64,000 bases of DNA from Candidatus Latescibacterota bacterium. GTDB lineage: Bacteria > Latescibacterota > UBA2968. Shown here piece by piece: positions 58,611 to 64,000 of this stretch. The DNA lies in assembly GCA_965222605.1 (NCBI GenBank), contig OZ244960.1, positions 5,952,001-6,016,000 on the forward strand, given 5' to 3'. Position 1 is the stretch's first letter, and the number at the start of each line of letters is the position of its first letter. A program made the translations under genes and the position numbers. The notes beneath the pieces were generated by a model. That model worked only from the letters and a program-made list of their open reading frames with translations. It was not told where the DNA came from and ran no database searches.

Positions 58611-59511
58611 ACCTTTGGTGCTAGTAGATAAGAAGTTGTAAGTCGCCAGAAGTTTACCTATGCTGAATGAGTTAGCACCTCATTCATTCACAGCAGGGAG
58701 GTAAACTTCATGACGACTGAAATGCTGATCATTGACCTGTTCTGTCGGGTAGATGATCAAACGCAAGACCTTGAGAAACATCCTCAAGCCAAGCTCTATC
58801 CCAGCGAAGTCATCACGTTGGCCTTGCTTTTTGCGATTAAAGGGGTGGGCAATCGCGCCTATTATGATTGGCTGATAAACGATTGGCAGCACCTGTTTCC
58901 TAACTTACCTCATCGCACGCGCTTGTTTCGCCTCTTTTTAAGGCATCAACACGCCACAAGCCGATTTTTAGCCGAAAAGAGCGTGTTGGGCATCATTGAT
59001 AGCTATGGCATTGAGTTGATTCATCCGATCCGAGAAGGCAGAAGTCCTGCTCAGATCGGGAAGAAAGGCAAATCGAATTATCGCTGGATTGTCGGTGGCA
59101 AGCTCTGTCTGTTGATCAATCAATGGGGTCTCATCGTGGATTGGGACTGTCAGACAGCTAATGTTCACGATACCACCTTCCACCATCTCATCAAGCAGGT
59201 GCAATCAGACATGGTCGTCTTTGCCGATGTCGGCTTTCAAAAAGCGCAAGACAACCCAGAAAACTTAAAAATCTGTCCGCGTGGCACTTGGAATGAGCGC
59301 ATGGTGGTTGAAACCATCTTATCTATGATGACGCTCGTGTGGCATTTTAAGAAAGTCATGCATCGGGTCTGGAGCTATTTTGCAATGCGATTGGCTTTTA
59401 CCATGGCCGCCTTCAATATCTTGGTACAATGGCAGGGCTTTAAACCCGATGAAGATGGGTTCATTAACCTTGCCATCGCACACTTCAGAATATAACACTA
59501 GCACCAAAGGT
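58611..59511 (+). mobile_element. IS982-like insertion sequence, 901 bp
   Basis: Perfect 15-bp IRs ACCTTTGGTGCTAGT (58611-58625, 59497-59511) with 5'-AC ends. 5-bp target duplication TACTA at 58606-58610 and 59512-59516. Confidence 0.9.
58710..59495 (+). CDS. DDE transposase (IS982-like)
   Basis: IDS, ANVHD, AD.GF, R..VET motifs, and it lies between the IRs. Confidence 0.88.
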   Translation: MTTEMLIIDLFCRVDDQTQDLEKHPQAKLYPSEVITLALLFAIKGVGNRAYYDWLINDWQHLFPNLPHRTRLFRLFLRHQHATSRFLAEKSVLGIIDSYGIELIHPIREGRSPAQIGKKGKSNYRWIVGGKLCLLINQWGLIVDWDCQTANVHDTTFHHLIKQVQSDMVVFADVGFQKAQDNPENLKICPRGTWNERMVVETILSMMTLVWHFKKVMHRVWSYFAMRLAFTMAAFNILVQWQGFKPDEDGFINLAIAHFRI

Positions 59512-60386
59512 TACTAGAGCAATGATTGCGTGTATTCTGCCACCTAATACATTCATGTGGGATAACCTAGCTGTTACGAGAATTCTTGATCCATATGATA
59601 ATGAAGGTAAAGGAACGCTCTTAAATGAACCGGAATTGTGCTATCTTGCAGCAATATTAAATTCTTTTGTCTTTGACTTCGCACTAGGGATGCAGATCAA
59701 TGCGAATCTTAGTTTCTTCATTGTCTATGGAATCCCTGTTCCACGAAAGGCAAAGGGCGATTGGTTTTTCGATAAGATAATCCCACGCGTCGCCAGGTTA
59801 TCTTGTGTTAATCCATCATATGCTCAATTATGGGAAGAAATATACCTGCCTTCTTGGGTAGAAAGTGAATTGTGGTATGAAAAGCAAGGTATAGGCTATG
59901 ATACATACGGACCTGTACATGAGAAGGAAATCCGCGAAAATGTGTTGCAGTCTTTGGGAGATCTCACTCCGATTTGGTCAGAGAAATGTACAGCCAAAGA
60001 TTGGAACTCAAACAAAATGGATATTACACATAGATCTCAATTCCGAGCAGAGTTGGATGCTCTTGTTGCCCACTTATATAGTCTGAGCAGAGAGGATTTC
60101 ACGCATATTCTTGACACTTTCGAGGCACTGAAGCGGAAAGAGGTCGATAACTTTGGGGAGTTTGTATCCAAACGGAAATGTCTGGAGGAATATGATCGGT
60201 TGACACCGGTCATAGAGGCGTGGAATGACCCAGGAAAGTCTGAAATTTGAATTGAAGGGTTGAAGCAATCGGGTATGTCGAAAACAGCTCTTGAATAACT
60301 CGGCTTAGGAGAACTCTGACCCATATATTGCTTCCACAGTTGATGTGCCAAGGAAAATTCTGCCAATTCTGAAGAGGAAAGAAGCG

Positions 60387-63300
60387 ATGAGCAAAATTAA
60401 AGAGGTGGTAAACCTAAAGACTGGCTACGCGAACTTCGTGGTGTTGAAAAGTGCCTTTGAAGAAAGCCAAGAGAATGCTGATCGTATGGCAATGTACCGT
60501 CCCACCACTGCGCATCGCAGAGCATTTGAGCGTCTCTGTCGGGGATTGTATCAGCCTAACGACAAAAAATTCTACTTACTCAGTGGATCGTACGGTACAG
60601 GTAAATCGCATCTTTGTCTGATGTATGCAAATGCACTCAGCCGATCCAGCGGTGATACAGAGATCAAGGGGTTTTATGACAACTATGAGAAACTGGATGC
60701 CAATGCAGCAAAGCAACTGAGAAATATCCGTAAGGGCGGTCAGTACCTGGTTGCGATCTGTGATTACCACTCGGGAAGACGGTTTGAGGATGTGGTGTTA
60801 AAGGCTGTTTTTAAGGCCTGTAAATCCAAAGATCTTGATGCAGAGGTAGAAACAGAATTTGACGAGGCGGAACGCCAGTTGACGGATTGGGAGAGGCAGG
60901 CAGAGGATCCCGCTGCGATCCGCAATTACTATGAAGACTTTTCCAAAGCCCTCGAACGGACTGCGCCAGGGTTGACTGTTGACCAACTTCGTGCCGGTCT
61001 GACTGATTACAATTCTGAATCTTTGGAGCAGTTTAGGGTAGCCTACAAGCTTGCCCAGGGGGGAACAGAATTTCAAGCACAATCGGGTAATCTCATTCCA
61101 ATTGTTCAGAAATTGGTAAGAAGCACGGCGTTCAAAGCTCGGTTCAAGGGACTGGCTATCTTGTTTGATGAGTTTGGATTTACTCTGGAAAAGGCGGCGT
61201 ATTCAAAGGATGTGCTTCAGGGATTCATGGAAACCATCTGCCGAAATGAACCCAATGTTGTTTTTGTAGGTTGTATCCATAAAGACTTCAAAGCATATGC
61301 AGACAGATTTAGTCGGGATGATGCCTCTGTGATGAGCGCACGAATCACAACAGTTGATCTTTTGAATGAAGGTATTGAGGAAATTATCGGAGCAATCGTA
61401 GAGACAGAAAAGACAGGTCAAGTCTGGAACAGCGAAGTGAAACCCAAACTCGGTGTGCTGGACGCTCTATTGCCTGTGTGTGAAACACTCAAACTCTTCC
61501 CCTGGATCCCAGATACCAAGCGAATTCGTCAGCGTGTGCTTGAGGACATTTACGGTGTCCATCCCGCTGCTCTTGCGGCTTTACTCAGACTGTCTTCTGA
61601 GATAGGATCTGACGCCCGCAGCACCTTCACATTTTTCTCTGGTGAGGTAGGCGGGGCTGAGGGTTCCTATGCGGAGTTCATTGAAGACAGCGACTTGCTG
61701 GACAGTAGTGGGAAACTGAACCTTTACATCGTGGATAGGCTTTTCACATTTTTCCAAGGCGAACTGTCTCCCAGCAATGCCGAGTTGCGCGACACGCAGC
61801 GTCAATTGGTCAACGGCTATGTTGCAAGTTTTGATGCCATGCAAAAGGCAAGCGAGAATGAGTTAGTGAATGATCGCGAGGCTCTGCAGACTTCGATTCT
61901 ACAAACTATTCTGATCTATCAGTTGTCGCAGATTCCCACCACTTTGGATAATATCCAGTTTGGCCTATATGCCCTGACTTCAGGAGAAAAGAAGATCATA
62001 GAGACAAACTTAGATCTTCTCGCCAAAACGGGTGCCGTGTTCTTCCGGCAACAGTCAAAGACTTATGAACTTGCTGTCGGAAGCGGTGTTGATCCCTACG
62101 ACCTGATAAATCGCTATCTGGAAGATACGTCTAAGCATCCTGAAGATATGGTCAAGGCATTTCTTTCTGAAGTGAAAAGTCCGGAGGTTCTGGATGCCAA
62201 GCAGCACAATCTTACCTATGGTGAAGACAAACGCTTTCGAACTGTCTATGTGAGAGCGAAAGATATGGGCGAAAATCTTTGGGAAAAACTCAAGAAGGAA
62301 CAATTGGAAGCAGTATTAAAGCCCAACAGTAGCTACGAGGGCGTTGCTGTCTATGCGCTTTGTGAAGATGTTTCAGATATTCAGGTTGCCCGCGAAGCGG
62401 TGCAAGATATTCCGTGCGACGATTTCGTCGTTGGTGTTCCCGATGAGCCACAGCCCTTTACGGAGATGCTTCTCAAAGTCAGGGCATGTAGAAATGCTCT
62501 TGATCCACTATCTGAAGAAAAGCTGAATGCGCAAACCGAATCACGCCTGCGGGATCTTTTTGAGAATCCACAGGATGGATTTCTGCCAACACTTCAAAGT
62601 ATTTTCAAGCAGATTGATAGTGGCGAAGGTGCATGTTGGTACAGTAAGTCTGGAAAAGTCGTTGTGGGTCAGCCAAAGCAGCCGCATGGACCAGTTGATA
62701 CGCTGTGCGAGCAGATGTTTACCAAACGCTGCAAGATTAATCACACAGATTTGAACTGGGTACACGACGATAAATGGCGCACGGCTAGAAACAATGCTTT
62801 GAGACAGGCAGTGAACACGCTTCTGCAGCCTGATCGCGTGCAGATTGACAACGGAAATCCAGCCAGCCATGGAGAAAAACGCTATCTTGAACGGGTATTG
62901 CTGAAAGGTGCAGGAGCATTGAGGAAGATCGATGATGATGGCCCTGTGACGTTCTTTTTTTGTGAAAGTGATTCCAAGAAAATAGACGATAGCTTCCCTG
63001 TTCTAAAGGAACTCTGCGAACGGTTGTCAAATCTCAATTCTGGAGAAAGTCTTCCTATAGGAACATTCATTAACGACGCCAAAAACGCACCATACGGTTC
63101 TGGCGGAACGGCGCTGATGCTTGCCCTGGCACATGCAGTGCGAGCTTTAGGTGAGCGGTTGAGAATCTATAAAGATTCCACTATGATCACTGAATATCCT
63201 GTTGAAGAATACGGAGAATTATCAGCGCTTGTGTCCGATCCTGCTACCAGTGTGGTTTTTGAAGTCCGCGAGATTTCTGATATCCAAAGAAAACTGGTGG

Positions 63301-64000
63301 AAGCAGTCGCTACTACGGTCGGAGCACCGCCACTCAAACATGGCGAAACTCGATCTTTGAATGAAACATTTGAGGTTCTGGAATCCTGGTGGCGCAGTGT
63401 ACCACCGGTGGCAAAGATCACAGAGATTTACGAGAAGAAACATACAGACGGATTGAGGAAGTTCAAGGACGCATTTGATGATATCCGCAATGGTGACCGG
63501 TATGAATTTCTTCTCGGAGGGCTGCCCGCAATTTACGAAGATGAAATTGCAGACGATAAGTTGACTGAGGATGGTGTGAATGCCATTTCTCAAGCATTTT
63601 CCGCACATGTCAAACATTTGAACACTGGCTACCAAATTGTTACAGACAAAGTTGCGGAAGCTGTTTCGGAGATGTTCGGCGAGAAGGGGGATCTTGTTCA
63701 ATGCAAAACCGCTGTCGAAGCCTGGTATGAGGAATTGACACCGAGACAGCGCCAGGCAATGACTTACCAGGACAGTCCGGAGGCTGAAAGCCTGGTTCGG
63801 ATCTTGGGGGATTCTTCCATAGACTTTGAAACTCAATTGACGAACCGTTTGCCAAAAGATTTCGGTTTGGGGGAAGTGTCGGATTGGCCTACCCTTCACA
63901 TTGATGATTATACGGCCAAACTGAAACAGGCACTGGAGGCTGTTGACGCTGCCGCCATTGTCATTGACCCCCCAGAAATTGAAACGGTTGGCAATGCAAA
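60387..64000 (+). CDS. Large P-loop ATPase, BrxC/SspC-like (partial, over 1200 aa, absent from the ORF track)
   Basis: GAGG RBS before ATG 60387. Walker A GSYGTGKS, Walker B LAILFDEFG and YGVHP are in one frame. Spot checks show the frame open to the window end. Confidence 0.85.
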   Translation, partial: MSKIKEVVNLKTGYANFVVLKSAFEESQENADRMAMYRPTTAHRRAFERLCRGLYQPNDKKFYLLSGSYGTGKSHLCLMYANALSRSSGDTEIKGFYDNYEKLDANAAKQLRNIRKGGQYLVAICDYHSGRRFEDVVLKAVFKACKSKDLDAEVETEFDEAERQLTDWERQAEDPAAIRNYYEDFSKALERTAPGLTVDQLRAGLTDYNSESLEQFRVAYKLAQGGTEFQAQSGNLIPIVQKLVRSTAFKARFKGLAILFDEFGFTLEKAAYSKDVLQGFMETICRNEPNVVFVGCIHKDFKAYADRFSRDDASVMSARITTVDLLNEGIEEIIGAIVETEKTGQVWNSEVKPKLGVLDALLPVCETLKLFPWIPDTKRIRQRVLEDIYGVHPAALAALLRLSSEIGSDARSTFTFFSGEVGGAEGSYAEFIEDSDLLDSSGKLNLYIVDRLFTFFQGELSPSNAELRDTQRQLVNGYVASFDAMQKASENELVNDREALQTSILQTILIYQLSQIPTTLDNIQFGLYALTSGEKKIIETNLDLLAKTGAVFFRQQSKTYELAVGSGVDPYDLINRYLEDTSKHPEDMVKAFLSEVKSPEVLDAKQHNLTYGEDKRFRTVYVRAKDMGENLWEKLKKEQLEAVLKPNSSYEGVAVYALCEDVSDIQVAREAVQDIPCDDFVVGVPDEPQPFTEMLLKVRACRNALDPLSEEKLNAQTESRLRDLFENPQDGFLPTLQSIFKQIDSGEGACWYSKSGKVVVGQPKQPHGPVDTLCEQMFTKRCKINHTDLNWVHDDKWRTARNNALRQAVNTLLQPDRVQIDNGNPASHGEKRYLERVLLKGAGALRKIDDDGPVTFFFCESDSKKIDDSFPVLKELCERLSNLNSGESLPIGTFINDAKNAPYGSGGTALMLALAHAVRALGERLRIYKDSTMITEYPVEEYGELSALVSDPATSVVFEVREISDIQRKLVEAVATTVGAPPLKHGETRSLNETFEVLESWWRSVPPVAKITEIYEKKHTDGLRKFKDAFDDIRNGDRYEFLLGGLPAIYEDEIADDKLTEDGVNAISQAFSAHVKHLNTGYQIVTDKVAEAVSEMFGEKGDLVQCKTAVEAWYEELTPRQRQAMTYQDSPEAESLVRILGDSSIDFETQLTNRLPKDFGLGEVSDWPTLHIDDYTAKLKQALEAVDAAAIVIDPPEIETVGNA

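Larger units (their letters stand above)
55349..60250 (+). pseudogene. Eco57I/PglX-like N6-adenine DNA methyltransferase interrupted by an IS (1331 aa when reconstructed)
   Basis: GSYYTP, DPAMGSGHFL, YGVDLNP, GNPPW. Removing the IS and one TACTA gives in-frame ARTTDTRAMIACILP. Confidence 0.88.

Noticed and set aside
58609-59513. Longer 17-bp IR boundaries for the IS
   Set aside because: They leave no target duplication and do not restore the MTase frame. The 58611-59511 boundaries do both.

Overview
Bacterial window, mostly + strand. Dockerin-like repeats, PorV/GWxTD genes and DUF6785-like transporters suggest an FCB-group organism such as Latescibacterota (inference only). About 1-47 kb is a GC-rich mosaic catabolic and uptake region. 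It holds two ceramidase-like hydrolases, an enolase-superfamily dehydratase, two heparinase II/III-like lyases, and a ROK regulator followed by an OM barrel - TonB receptor - CTD-bearing surface protein - PorV - GWxTD module. It also holds two DUF6785-like membrane proteins, four amidohydrolases and a DegT aminotransferase. The main hidden feature is a pair of paralogous thioredoxin-like genes (22137-23462, 45125-46405). The ORF track splits both at a conserved in-frame TGA in a G-C-x-U-N-N-G motif, and each TGA is followed by an identical 17-nt SECIS-like hairpin, so they are probably selenoproteins. About 47.4-51.9 kb carries a nucleotidyltransferase and two sulfatases bracketed by a degenerate ~290-bp repeat. 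From 52 kb to the end lies a lower-GC defence locus: a CARF/RtcR-like sigma54 activator, a complete enhancer-IHF-(-24/-12) promoter, then SNase, DUF4007, BrxF-like, an N6-adenine methyltransferase split by an IS982-like element, and a large P-loop ATPase running off the window. No rRNA, tRNA or CRISPR array was seen. Family names come from motif recognition, not database searches.
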